Assembly: GCA_020631355.1 (NCBI GenBank)
Contig: JAHDHL010000002.1
Coordinates: 291,317-355,316 of the forward strand
Origin: Saprospiraceae bacterium
GTDB taxonomy: Bacteria; Bacteroidota; Bacteroidia; Chitinophagales; Saprospiraceae
Length of the DNA: 64,000 nucleotides
Direction: 5' to 3'
Shown: positions 20,845 to 30,249 of the stretch, one piece after another
Position numbering within the stretch: position 1 is the stretch's first letter
Layout: each line of letters starts with the position of its first letter
The notes under the pieces: generated by a model
Databases searched by the model: none
The model's input: only the letters and a program-made list of their open reading frames with translations
What the model was told of the DNA's origin: nothing
Program-made: the position numbers and the translations under genes

Positions 20845-21828
20845 ATGCGAAAGGAAAAATTCGTCTACAATAAACAGACACTAAGATACGAGAAAGTTGT
20901 AGAACCACTCAAAATCAAGATCCTTCGTGGCTTTGCTTTCGTCTGTGCCGTATTGTTCTTCTCCGCAATTGTCATTGCCATCTATCTAGCGATTATGGAT
21001 TCGCCGGAAGAAAAGGCTCTGAAGCGTGAGTTGACACAGGCTAAGACACAAATGAAAGCAATTGATGCCCAGTTGGAAAACTACTCTAAGATTTTGGGTA
21101 ACATGAAAGATCGCCAAGAAGGTGCCTTTACGATGGCATTTGGCCTTTCTCCCATTGACGGAGACGTTTGGGAAGGAGGTGTTGGTGGTGCTAAGCGCTA
21201 CAATAATCTTGTCAAGTATGACAATACTGGGGAATTGATGTTAGACATCACATCCAAGGCTGATAAGCTAGGACGTCAGATGGCCATTCTTTCCCATTCC
21301 TTGGACACCATCATTGATGTGGCCAAGGATCGTGAGAAGCGTTTTGCTTCCATACCATCCATCAAACCTATCAGAGAGGACAGATTGAAGCGTAAGATTC
21401 AACTGTTATCCGGGTTCGGAAGACGTCTGCACCCCATTCATAAGGTCATGAAGATGCACAAGGGTATTGACTTTTCTGCCAATACCGGTACGGATATCTT
21501 TGCTACCGGTGATGGAAAGGTACTTCGTGTGGAGAATAAGAAAAGTGGATATGGTAAGAATGTCATCATTTCTCATGGATATGGATATAAGACTTTGTAT
21601 GCTCACATGAGTGTCATTGATGTCAAGGTAGGCCAGGAAGTGAAGAAAGGTGAAGTCATCGGACAGGTGGGTAACACAGGTACTTCCACTGCTCCACACT
21701 TACACTATGAGGTACATTACATGGGTAATGCCGTGAATCCGATTCACTTTGTTTTGGATGGCTTATCCACTGAGGAATATCAGAAAATGTTGGATTTGGC
21801 TTCCATTAATAGTCAATCATTCGATTAA
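20845..21828 (+). CDS. M23-family metallopeptidase (LytM-like) with N-terminal TM and coiled coil
   Basis: HKGIDF...D..ATGDGKV, GYGKNVIISHGYGYKTLYAHMS and GNTGTSTAPHLHYEV are canonical M23 motifs. Confidence 0.8.
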   Translation: MRKEKFVYNKQTLRYEKVVEPLKIKILRGFAFVCAVLFFSAIVIAIYLAIMDSPEEKALKRELTQAKTQMKAIDAQLENYSKILGNMKDRQEGAFTMAFGLSPIDGDVWEGGVGGAKRYNNLVKYDNTGELMLDITSKADKLGRQMAILSHSLDTIIDVAKDREKRFASIPSIKPIREDRLKRKIQLLSGFGRRLHPIHKVMKMHKGIDFSANTGTDIFATGDGKVLRVENKKSGYGKNVIISHGYGYKTLYAHMSVIDVKVGQEVKKGEVIGQVGNTGTSTAPHLHYEVHYMGNAVNPIHFVLDGLSTEEYQKMLDLASINSQSFD

Positions 21829-21893
21829 TATTAGATTTAATAGATATTTCCTAGGACTCAAATCCTTTGGAATATCCATTGCGACCAAGACAT

Positions 21894-23198
21894 ATGAAAA
21901 AAAATAATTTCTTTTCAGGCTTCCTTTACGGAAGCCTTTTTTTATTCGCTTTTTATAGCTGTAATAATGATACTACAAGTGACAATACCACCTCAGTCCC
22001 TGATGCGGTGGATTCCGTCAAGCAAACCGTGGACTCCTCAGTTGCTTCGATAGACACCCTAACCAAGGAAGTCAAGGAAGAAAAGCCTAAGGAGGAACCC
22101 AAGGAGGAAGTGGCCAAAGAAAAACCCAAGAAAGAAGCGGAACCCAAGGAAGCTCCCAAACCTAAAAAAACTCCGTATGTGGTACAGCTTCCAAGTACTC
22201 CTCCCCCTACTCCGGACCCCAGCGGTTTGATTTCAGTAATCGGTGTTGGCGATATGATGTTGGGAACCAATTATCCATCTGCTAATTATCTACCTGCCAA
22301 TGGCGGCAAGGATTTGCTCAAGGATGTACAGAATACACTTTGGAATGCGGATGTGACCTTTGGTAATCTCGAAGGCACCATATTGGATAGTGGAGGAAAG
22401 GTCAAGAGATGTTCCAATCCGGATTTGTGTTATGCATTCCGTTCACCGGAAAGTTATGTACAACATTTCGTGGATGCCGGGTTCGATGTATTGAGTATAG
22501 CCAATAATCATACAGGTGATTTCGGTGCAGAGGGCAGAAAGAAAACCAAGGAAGTACTTGATAATGCAGGTATCAAATATGCCGGTCTTGCAGGGTCGGA
22601 CGAATACTCCGTCTTTGAAAAGAATGGTATAAAGTATGGTTTTGCAGCCTTTGCCCCGAATTCAGGTACTTGTGATATCCGAAATATTTCCAAGGCCAAG
22701 CAGATTGTTTCCACACTTGAGGGGATGTGCGATATTGTCATTGTATCATTCCATGGAGGAGCAGAGGGTAAAAAACACCAACACACTCCTTGTACCACAG
22801 AAAAGTATGTGGGAGAAAACAGAGGGAATGTATGTAAGTTTGCTCATGGTGTGATTGATGCAGGTGCGGATATCGTATTCGGTCATGGCCCTCATGTCAC
22901 TAGGGCTATGGAATTGTATAATGATAGATTCATCATCTATTCCCTTGGGAATTTCTGTACCTATGGTCGTTTTAACCTAAGGGATGCCGCAGGTATTGCT
23001 CCTATCCTGAAGGTTTATGTGAATAGTGATGGTTCATTCTCACACGGTGAGATTACTCCCATCTATCAGGCCAAGACACATGGTCCGAAAATAGATTCCA
23101 GAAATCGGGCTATAAAGAAATTACAGGAACTTACCCGTTCTGATTTCCCTGAGTCGGGATTGGATATCTATGACGATGGGACAGTGATGAAAAGGTAG
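21894..23198 (+). CDS. CapA / PGA_cap-family metallophosphatase-like lipoprotein
   Basis: Lipobox FAFYSC. Pro/Glu/Lys-rich linker, then VIGVGDMMLGTNYP...NNHTGDFG...HGGAEG...HGPH motifs typical of the CapA family. Start taken at the MKKNNFF ATG (21894) rather than 21867. Confidence 0.7.
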   Translation: MKKNNFFSGFLYGSLFLFAFYSCNNDTTSDNTTSVPDAVDSVKQTVDSSVASIDTLTKEVKEEKPKEEPKEEVAKEKPKKEAEPKEAPKPKKTPYVVQLPSTPPPTPDPSGLISVIGVGDMMLGTNYPSANYLPANGGKDLLKDVQNTLWNADVTFGNLEGTILDSGGKVKRCSNPDLCYAFRSPESYVQHFVDAGFDVLSIANNHTGDFGAEGRKKTKEVLDNAGIKYAGLAGSDEYSVFEKNGIKYGFAAFAPNSGTCDIRNISKAKQIVSTLEGMCDIVIVSFHGGAEGKKHQHTPCTTEKYVGENRGNVCKFAHGVIDAGADIVFGHGPHVTRAMELYNDRFIIYSLGNFCTYGRFNLRDAAGIAPILKVYVNSDGSFSHGEITPIYQAKTHGPKIDSRNRAIKKLQELTRSDFPESGLDIYDDGTVMKR

Positions 23199-23291
23199 GT
23201 AAAATAATTAGCTATAATACTCACATTTTTCCTCTACTCACTCTATATAAATGTGGGGCTATTACACCGTGCAATAATTAAAAATTAAATT

Positions 23292-23909
23292 ATGAAAACA
23301 ACATTATTTTCAAGTTTGAGTATTCTCACTCTCCTATTCTTTTCCTTTTTACCAGTTGGACAGCAAAATCAATATCAGATTTTCCAGTCTCAGTCTGATA
23401 CAGCCATTATGAAAATAAATGAGCAAGGAAATGTAACCGAATACTTTGTTATTCAAAACTTAACATTTACTCCTAAAGAGGAACAAATTGAAAATGTAAT
23501 ATTCCAACGTAAAAAGAATACCATCCAAATTAGTCTTAAGAATGGGAAGAATATTGAACTAATTCTTGATACTGAAACAAACACACAAAAATCATTGAAT
23601 TCAAATCAATACTTAGTGGGTGGTTTTTCCTTTTTCCAAACTCAAAAAAGTGGAGGAATTCCTTACAAGGAAGCTATCCAATTTGTATCCAATCAATCTC
23701 CTAGTAAAGCTAGAGGATGTATGGGGGATTGTTTAGCAGGAGGATGTGGATCAACATCTTGTTCCAGAACAGTATGGGAGGCCTCCTGTGAAGTTAGCTG
23801 TGGCAAAGGATTCACAGCTTGCTGTGGAGACTTGATTTCAGCAGGTTGTAAATGCAAACCTACACCTCGTTGTTGCAATCCATCCGATACGGCTCCAATT
23901 AGTGATTAA
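23292..23909 (+). CDS. Secreted protein with a novel Cys-rich C-terminal domain (paralog of 57933-58586)
   Basis: 205 aa. Signal peptide. C-terminal 65 aa holds 14 Cys: GCMGDCLAGGCGSTSCSRTVWEASCEVSCGKGFTACCGDLISAGCKCKPTPRCC. It shares the C-x-VSCG-x-GF-x-x-CCG ... C-x-C-x-P pattern and N-domain similarity with the 57933 gene. Confidence 0.55.
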   Translation: MKTTLFSSLSILTLLFFSFLPVGQQNQYQIFQSQSDTAIMKINEQGNVTEYFVIQNLTFTPKEEQIENVIFQRKKNTIQISLKNGKNIELILDTETNTQKSLNSNQYLVGGFSFFQTQKSGGIPYKEAIQFVSNQSPSKARGCMGDCLAGGCGSTSCSRTVWEASCEVSCGKGFTACCGDLISAGCKCKPTPRCCNPSDTAPISD

Positions 23910-23958
23910 CATACCTAGTCTCTTAACGTATCTGTTTATATTCACTAATACGGCTTAT

Positions 23959-23996
23959 AAAAAATCCCTAAATCAAACTTGATTTAGGGATTTTCT
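23959..23996. terminator. Bidirectional terminator between convergent genes
   Basis: 16-bp perfect inverted repeat aaaatccctaaatcaa-ac-ttgatttagggatttt with A-run and T-run flanks. Confidence 0.55.
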
Positions 23997-24024
23997 ATTC
24001 CAACAGTGCCTCTCAATTACATTC

Positions 24025-24729
24025 TTACATATCCAATGTATAGTGTTGTGTCAAGTACCAAATGACCATTCCCACCCAAATCAGAATGTATAGCAATGCG
24101 AAAAATTGGTAGGGTTTACTCACTACGGACCGGGTCGTCCTTGCTGCCCGATGTACACGGGCCATCATTGTTTTCACACTACTGTTCGTAATTTCTTCAT
24201 ACGAGATCTCCTTTGCATTCTCCTTGGAAGCCTGATCGATGAACAAGCGTATCGTCTTGGATAATCTTTTCTTCATTGGGACAAAACGAAGAATGTCAGA
24301 AAGTCTTGGAAAAATTACTTCCTGCATGACTTTCCTTGCAAATTGAAAACGACCCAATTCCTTATTTCCCTCATCGTGATAGACTTCATACATATCATCA
24401 ATCGGGGCCAATACTCCTCCAATCAATTCTGCCACAGCATCAATCACAATGGAGGACAAGTACTTGACTGCGGCAAAAAAACCAAGGAACAAGAAAATAA
24501 AGCCTGATATCACCTGTATAACTAACATATACACCCATGGTAATCCTACGAGCCAACTGATGGTTATTGTGGTCCCGAGATACAACCAAGCTACTATCCC
24601 TGCCTTGATAAATTGTAAGGGCGCTGATTTGGCTATGGTCCAAAGGGCAAAGGCCGCCGATATGGGATTATTCCCATTGGCATCCTCATAACTTTCCACA
24701 AATGTTTTGATATCCTGTGCTTCGGGCAT
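24025..24729 (-). CDS. Integral membrane protein, family of unknown function (paralog A)
   Basis: 234 aa with 3-4 TM helices. About 40% identical over its full length to the 26948-27655 product (MPEAQDIKTFVESYEDANGNNPIS... versus MTTAQNIKNFIEYYQDNNGQNPIS...). Confidence 0.5.
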   Translation of the reverse strand: MPEAQDIKTFVESYEDANGNNPISAAFALWTIAKSAPLQFIKAGIVAWLYLGTTITISWLVGLPWVYMLVIQVISGFIFLFLGFFAAVKYLSSIVIDAVAELIGGVLAPIDDMYEVYHDEGNKELGRFQFARKVMQEVIFPRLSDILRFVPMKKRLSKTIRLFIDQASKENAKEISYEEITNSSVKTMMARVHRAARTTRSVVSKPYQFFALLYILIWVGMVIWYLTQHYTLDM

Positions 24730-24906
24730 ACGCTTGATTTAGTATTTAGATTTTGGTGAATGGCCAATCAAAGATATGTGCTATCATCCAAAGTCGGGTA
24801 CAGGCTTCAAACTATTTATATTCCAATCCGTTGATTATGAGAAATCATCTTCCATTATATTGGAAATAATTCATACAATGATTTCCTGATTCACCAAAGC
24901 AAGTTC

Positions 24907-25524
24907 ATGAAAAAAGTAACCCATACCTCAGAAGAAAAATCATTTTGGTCCCAACGATATGAGGAAGAAAGGACAGGTTGGGATATCGGATATCCATCTA
25001 CGCCTATCAAGACCTATATCGACCAAATCGAGCATAAGGATATCAAGATTCTCATCCCCGGAGCAGGTAATGCCTATGAGGCAGAATATCTTTTCAAGCA
25101 AGGGTTTACCAGTGTAAATGTACTTGATATTACTCCGCAACCGCTCCTGGCATTAAAAAAGAGAATACCCGACTTTCCCAATGACCAACTGATAGAGGGT
25201 AATTTCTTCCATCATGAGGGACAGTATGATTTGATATTCGAGCAGACCTTTTTCTGTTCATTCGTTCCCACTCTTGAAAATCGTCAACTCTATGCAAAGA
25301 AAATGGGCCAGTTACTTCGGACTAACGGGAAATTAGTGGGATTGTGGTTTGATATTCCCCTTACGGGGGATATGGTCAAAAGGCCATTCGGAGGAACAAG
25401 GGAAGAATATTTAGGGTATCTATCCCCATACTTTGAACCTCTTGTGTTTGAAAAATGCCACAACTCCATTCCCCCTAGAGCGGGAAATGAATTATTCGGT
25501 ATTTTTAAGAAAAAATCCGATTGA
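24907..25524 (+). CDS. Thiopurine-S-methyltransferase-like (TPMT family) SAM-dependent methyltransferase
   Basis: FWSQRYEEERTGWDIGYPSTPIKTYI...ILIPGAGNAYEAEYLFKQGFTSVNVLDITPQPL matches the TPMT-family N-terminal W..R...W motif and SAM-binding pocket. Confidence 0.65.
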   Translation: MKKVTHTSEEKSFWSQRYEEERTGWDIGYPSTPIKTYIDQIEHKDIKILIPGAGNAYEAEYLFKQGFTSVNVLDITPQPLLALKKRIPDFPNDQLIEGNFFHHEGQYDLIFEQTFFCSFVPTLENRQLYAKKMGQLLRTNGKLVGLWFDIPLTGDMVKRPFGGTREEYLGYLSPYFEPLVFEKCHNSIPPRAGNELFGIFKKKSD

Positions 25525-25649
25525 TAAAAATGAATTGCAAAAGAATCATCCAAAATAAAACACCTCTTTTGTTGCAGCGTTTGGGGCAATAAAAAGGTTT
25601 GACTCATAGGGAAATAATAATTATCTGAGCGTCGAAACATCACGGAACC

Positions 25650-26951
25650 ATGAACTATCCACAATGCAGTCCGAAATATTTCATTACCGGCCTGATTCTT
25701 TGTTTCATTGCCATTCCACTAACACATTGCCAACGTTTGGTCACCTTGACTGAAATTGTGAAAGTCAAGAACATTACCCATACGACCCAGGGGCAAGTCA
25801 GGGTCATGATACCAGAAACCATTCCTGGCAAACAGCAAGTACTCAATATTGAATACAATATCAAACCCAATACCGTACATAAGGTCAAGAGCTATACGAT
25901 GGCGAAATGGGATTTGAGCCGTTCCGAAATTACCCAGAATATCCGTATCACAACAACCCTACTCATCAGTCGTTTCGATTGGTTGGAAGCACAAACCAAT
26001 CCATTGCCCATCAATGGACTCCTATTGGAACCCTACCTAAGAGACGAACCCAATTTCAGGAAAAATAATAAGAACATCCAAAAGAAAGCCAGGGAACTCA
26101 AAGGACCGACGGATATGGAAACCCTTGAGAACATATTCCAATTCGTTGTTGACCATCTGGAATATCATGTATTCGACTGGCAGAACAGAGGCGCCAGCAA
26201 AGCACTGAGACAACAAAAAGGCGATTGTACCGAATACTCCGAGCTGATGATTTCATTGTGTAGGGCCAGTGGTATTCCTGCCCGTATCGTAACCGGAAAA
26301 ACCCTAAAACCATCTTTCAAAAGAAGAATCGGTGCCCATAATTGGGTAGAGGTATATATTCCTGCCTATGGTTGGGTGGCTTTTGATCCGACTCATGCTG
26401 ATGGCAGGACCAGTACGAGTTTTGAAAGAATGGAAAACAAGTATGTCTACTATTCGAATGAACGCCATGTGGAACTCTTTAGTCATGATGCCAAAAAAAA
26501 TCCAAGACTCAAGGTTACCTATCAACTTGATTGGGTGGATCATTCTGCTCCTGTGGAGCGGAACGCATACCTTTATTATTCCCAAGCAGAAAATCAAAGA
26601 GCGAAAGCATCCCTTGACACATTGATAGCCATCAGACCGATGGATTATGAATTAAGAATGATGCGGGGAATCGTCAAGGCAAGGGAACATGACTTCCAAT
26701 CGGCATTGATGGATTTGCAATTGGCAGTGCTTTATTCCAAGAATGAACAAGAAAAGAATCGGGTGCTTTATGCCTTTGTCAAGTACTTTGCCCTAAGGGA
26801 GGATAAAGAATTGGCACTGTCATTCCTAGACAGTGCCATTCAATTGGGGTTCGACAAATATGAGTTCATGTCCAAGGATACCGACTTACAATCACTTTGG
26901 GAAAATCCTGAATTCAAGAATCGGATAATCGGTATCCCAACCAAGGATTAG
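25650..26951 (+). CDS. Transglutaminase-like cysteine protease-fold protein with C-terminal TPR-like repeats, secreted
   Basis: Core GDCTEYSELMISLCRASGIPARIVTG, HNWVEVYIPAYGWVAFDPT (Cys-His-Asp). Signal peptide present. Confidence 0.7.
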   Translation: MNYPQCSPKYFITGLILCFIAIPLTHCQRLVTLTEIVKVKNITHTTQGQVRVMIPETIPGKQQVLNIEYNIKPNTVHKVKSYTMAKWDLSRSEITQNIRITTTLLISRFDWLEAQTNPLPINGLLLEPYLRDEPNFRKNNKNIQKKARELKGPTDMETLENIFQFVVDHLEYHVFDWQNRGASKALRQQKGDCTEYSELMISLCRASGIPARIVTGKTLKPSFKRRIGAHNWVEVYIPAYGWVAFDPTHADGRTSTSFERMENKYVYYSNERHVELFSHDAKKNPRLKVTYQLDWVDHSAPVERNAYLYYSQAENQRAKASLDTLIAIRPMDYELRMMRGIVKAREHDFQSALMDLQLAVLYSKNEQEKNRVLYAFVKYFALREDKELALSFLDSAIQLGFDKYEFMSKDTDLQSLWENPEFKNRIIGIPTKD

Positions 26952-27655
26952 CCCAACACTACTGCATAATGTTGGAAGAAGTACCAAGCACCCATTCCTA
27001 CCCACAATACGATGTAAGTCGTTACGAAGTATCCGAATGGCTTTCCGACCTGAATCTTGGTTTCTTCCGCAGCACGATGGACTCTTGCAGCCATGGTACC
27101 TACACTGCTACTTGAAATTTCATTCACAAGGATATCATCCTCATTTTCATTGCATGTATTATGGATAAAAAGGCTGATGGTCTTATTCAGGGAACGCTTC
27201 ATGGGTAAGAAATTCAATACACTGGGCAACTTGGGGAAAATAACGGAATGCAATGTTTCCATCAGGAATTCAAAACGTGTCATTCCTTCATTACCATTCC
27301 TAAGGTAAGCTTCGTACATACCGTCTACCTTAAATAAAAGATTGCCTAGGAAATCTGCAACTGCATCAATGACCACAGCTGATAAGAATTTAACTGCTCC
27401 GTAGAATGTCATACAGAAAAATAATATCACAGCAACTGATTCCACAGGGACAAAATAATCCAAAGGCATATCCATTATCGATCCCAAAAGGAATGTAATA
27501 CCTATAAAAATCCATGCTATTGCTGCTGACTTAAATAATTCGAGGTAAGCGGATTGAGTTATCTGACAGGTAGAAAAAGCGGAAGAAATCGGATTCTGTC
27601 CATTGTTGTCCTGATAATACTCGATGAAGTTCTTAATGTTTTGTGCCGTGGTCAT
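26948..27655 (-). CDS. Integral membrane protein, family of unknown function (paralog B)
   Basis: 235 aa, homologous to the 24025-24729 product. Overlaps the convergent transglutaminase-like gene by 4 bp. Confidence 0.5.
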   Translation of the reverse strand: MTTAQNIKNFIEYYQDNNGQNPISSAFSTCQITQSAYLELFKSAAIAWIFIGITFLLGSIMDMPLDYFVPVESVAVILFFCMTFYGAVKFLSAVVIDAVADFLGNLLFKVDGMYEAYLRNGNEGMTRFEFLMETLHSVIFPKLPSVLNFLPMKRSLNKTISLFIHNTCNENEDDILVNEISSSSVGTMAARVHRAAEETKIQVGKPFGYFVTTYIVLWVGMGAWYFFQHYAVVLG

Positions 27656-28530
27656 GATTCGTCAGATTTTAAGAAAAGTAGAATAAAAAAACTTGGGTTC
27701 CAGTATGAATACTCAGTATGTATTCTCCTGCGGGTAAACGAGAGATATCAATTCCATCCCTCAATAAATTTTGGCACTCACATTATAGTTTTGTTGGGTT
27801 TTTCCATCTTTTTGGAAAATGGCTAATTGTATTTCGCCGTCCAACTGTAATTGTAAATGTATACGCTCACTACCTGGATTGGGAAAGGTTTTGAAATGCG
27901 TTGTGACATTGAATTAAATTACATTCCAAATTCCAACAGCCTGCTCATCTGACATGGTGTTTCCCATCATAATGGATTCAACACCGATTGGAGCATTTAC
28001 ATAAATCCAACATTTTGGAACAGCACAGAATTCATCCTACTATGCCCACAGCCCTTTGCACCTCTCTTTCAGGTATGAATTATTGGTTCATACCATAGAA
28101 TCCACTTGTTCCTGTCCTTATGGAACATCATGGATTCCTATAACAAAACGCTCCTTTAGAGGAATAGCGATACCCTAACCCTACGGATATCCGGCAATGT
28201 TACCATCAGGTTTGCCCCATTCGTATAAAAGGAATTATTCGTCCTTTCCGAGCTATTACTGCCTCCCGAAAGCGGGGCCGTATCATCCAGCATCATGGAT
28301 TATCCTGTGACATCGTATTAGAGGCCAGTATGATGAACAATATCTTTCAATCCCGGAAAAACTACGATTTCATTCATATCAATTGTCTCTGCAAAATTCG
28401 TTTCGACCACAAACCACCTGTATTCGTCCTTATTATATTGTAATGTATACGGTTCGATTGCCACTACATGGTCGATACTTTCCAATCAACTTCTGTGTAA
28501 AAAATGTATGGCTTTTTCATTGATATTGAA

Positions 28531-29121
28531 TTATCTGGATGTTATCTTCTTTAGTAGTTCCACATCATGCGGAAGAATCGTTGTCTTATTGTATGTCCTA
28601 TCATATACCGATTGGATGGCCTTGTCTCTGGGAATCACCTCATCGTTTTTTAATACAAATACCTCAAATACTTTTTTCTTCTCGTAACGGGCATCCAAAA
28701 GAAAAACAAACTGGGCCTTGTAGATAAAATTATTATTACTATCCCTAGTGTAGTATATGCGTTCATAATAGTTGGTATCGCTCTGCCATTTCTTTAACGT
28801 TGAAGTAGGCATGGAACTATCATCCTCCCAAAAAGTCTGTAGGAATTCGGTATGAACCACAATGGAATCATAGTTTATCCCTGCATCATCCGTTATGAAT
28901 TCATACATCTGATTGGGTTCGCTACTCTCCAATGCCTCAATAAAACCAACAGCCTGTGCTATGTCCAAATAATCATCAGCAAATCCAAAATCTATCGAAC
29001 CATAGGATCGATAACCATCATCTTCCGTATATGACTCATCACTTTCTGAAGAACCATCCGTTCCGTTCATACAGGAAATAAGACTCAAAATGACGCATAC
29101 TACCCAAATACTATATTTCAT
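28531..29121 (-). CDS. Hypothetical lipoprotein
   Basis: 196 aa. Lipobox LSLISC. Acidic, Ser/Asp/Tyr-rich. Confidence 0.5.
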   Translation of the reverse strand: MKYSIWVVCVILSLISCMNGTDGSSESDESYTEDDGYRSYGSIDFGFADDYLDIAQAVGFIEALESSEPNQMYEFITDDAGINYDSIVVHTEFLQTFWEDDSSMPTSTLKKWQSDTNYYERIYYTRDSNNNFIYKAQFVFLLDARYEKKKVFEVFVLKNDEVIPRDKAIQSVYDRTYNKTTILPHDVELLKKITSR

Positions 29122-29229
29122 TATCTGATTTTTTCATTAGACCCTCCTCCACTTCCTTCTAAAAAGAATCTCAATATCGGATTACCTAATATAGTAAAAT
29201 ATCAAATAGTCCACCAATATAAAATAAAA

Positions 29230-29254
29230 GCGTCCTGTCACTAGGACAAGACGC
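29230..29254 (-). terminator. Terminator downstream of the 29287 gene
   Basis: gcgtcctgtc/gacaagacgc 10-bp stem with one mismatch and loop actag, flanked by A/T runs. Confidence 0.4.
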
Positions 29255-29286
29255 TTTATTCATCAATTAACTAACCTAAAATCTAA

Positions 29287-29781
29287 TTAGAACCTGTAAC
29301 AGACAGCTTTTCTTCCTCTTTTCCTTTTTCGCTTCTTATACTTCACTGTCCTTATTTTCCTTACTCGTTTTCTCTTATAAGTCTTTTTCCTCTTATTCGA
29401 GGTCACTTTCGAAACTGACTTTTGGGATGAGCTACTCTCATCAGAAACCGCAATGGCCGGCTCCATTACCGTTTCGGTCTGAACCAAAGGTTCTGCCACT
29501 GCCACCTCATCCGCTTTCACTTCAGTGATTTCCTTTTCCTGATTCAGTTTTTGCTCCTGCATCTGCTTCCACATTTCAGCAGTAATGTATACCTCCTCCC
29601 CTACAGCATAATCATCCAAATCCAACTGATTCAATATATCCTGGTCCGATTGCACCGAATCCCTGATAATAACAGTGGTTTGCGCATCCTCACGAACATC
29701 ATAGGTTTCCAAAACCTCCTGTCCATACATTGCGATAGAAACCATCGCAAACATCATCGTGAATAAAAAGGTCTTTTTCAT
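29287..29781 (-). CDS. Small secreted protein: shared N-module plus polybasic C-tail
   Basis: Signal peptide MKKTFLFTMMFAMVSIAMYGQ. N-module AQTTVIIRDSVQSDQDILNQLDLDDYAVGEEVYIT is homologous to the 49360 product. C-tail KRKKTYKRKRVRKIRTVKYKKRKRKRGRK. Confidence 0.5.
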   Translation of the reverse strand: MKKTFLFTMMFAMVSIAMYGQEVLETYDVREDAQTTVIIRDSVQSDQDILNQLDLDDYAVGEEVYITAEMWKQMQEQKLNQEKEITEVKADEVAVAEPLVQTETVMEPAIAVSDESSSSQKSVSKVTSNKRKKTYKRKRVRKIRTVKYKKRKRKRGRKAVCYRF

Positions 29782-30249
29782 AATCATATATTTTAAGAAT
29801 GATGAATAACTCATTCATTCCTTTAGACGTCCAATGTATACCCGCAATTCTTAATGAACTCCTAATAATCTGATAAGAATCGTTATTAAAGTCCATGAAA
29901 AAGGAAAAATCATGATTCCCATTTCATGAAGAATCCCCTTCTTATCCTATATTACATCCATCATATCTCCCAAAAGTGATATGCTAGAGAAATGTTAATT
30001 CCTTTTAGGTTTCCTTAACATTCCTCTCCTTGGATTCATCGAGTTTCTCCTTGGATTAGCCGATGAAAGTGGAATCATTCCTAAAAATCATGCTACTTAT
30101 GAATACAAAAAACAACAAGACCCAAAACCTAATACAACTGTGGATATAACCCCAACTACAACTCAACATCACGACGTAGAAAGCTCAAAATTTTCTATTT
30201 ATCAAGTCGGGAATTATTTCATTAGTGAACAGTTTAAAACCTGTGGCTT

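Noticed and set aside
27827-28317. Attempted call of a gene in the 27.8-28.3 kb gap
   Set aside because: Every frame on both strands has multiple stops within 150 nt. Only a 56-codon ORF survives, reported above as a possible relic rather than a feature.
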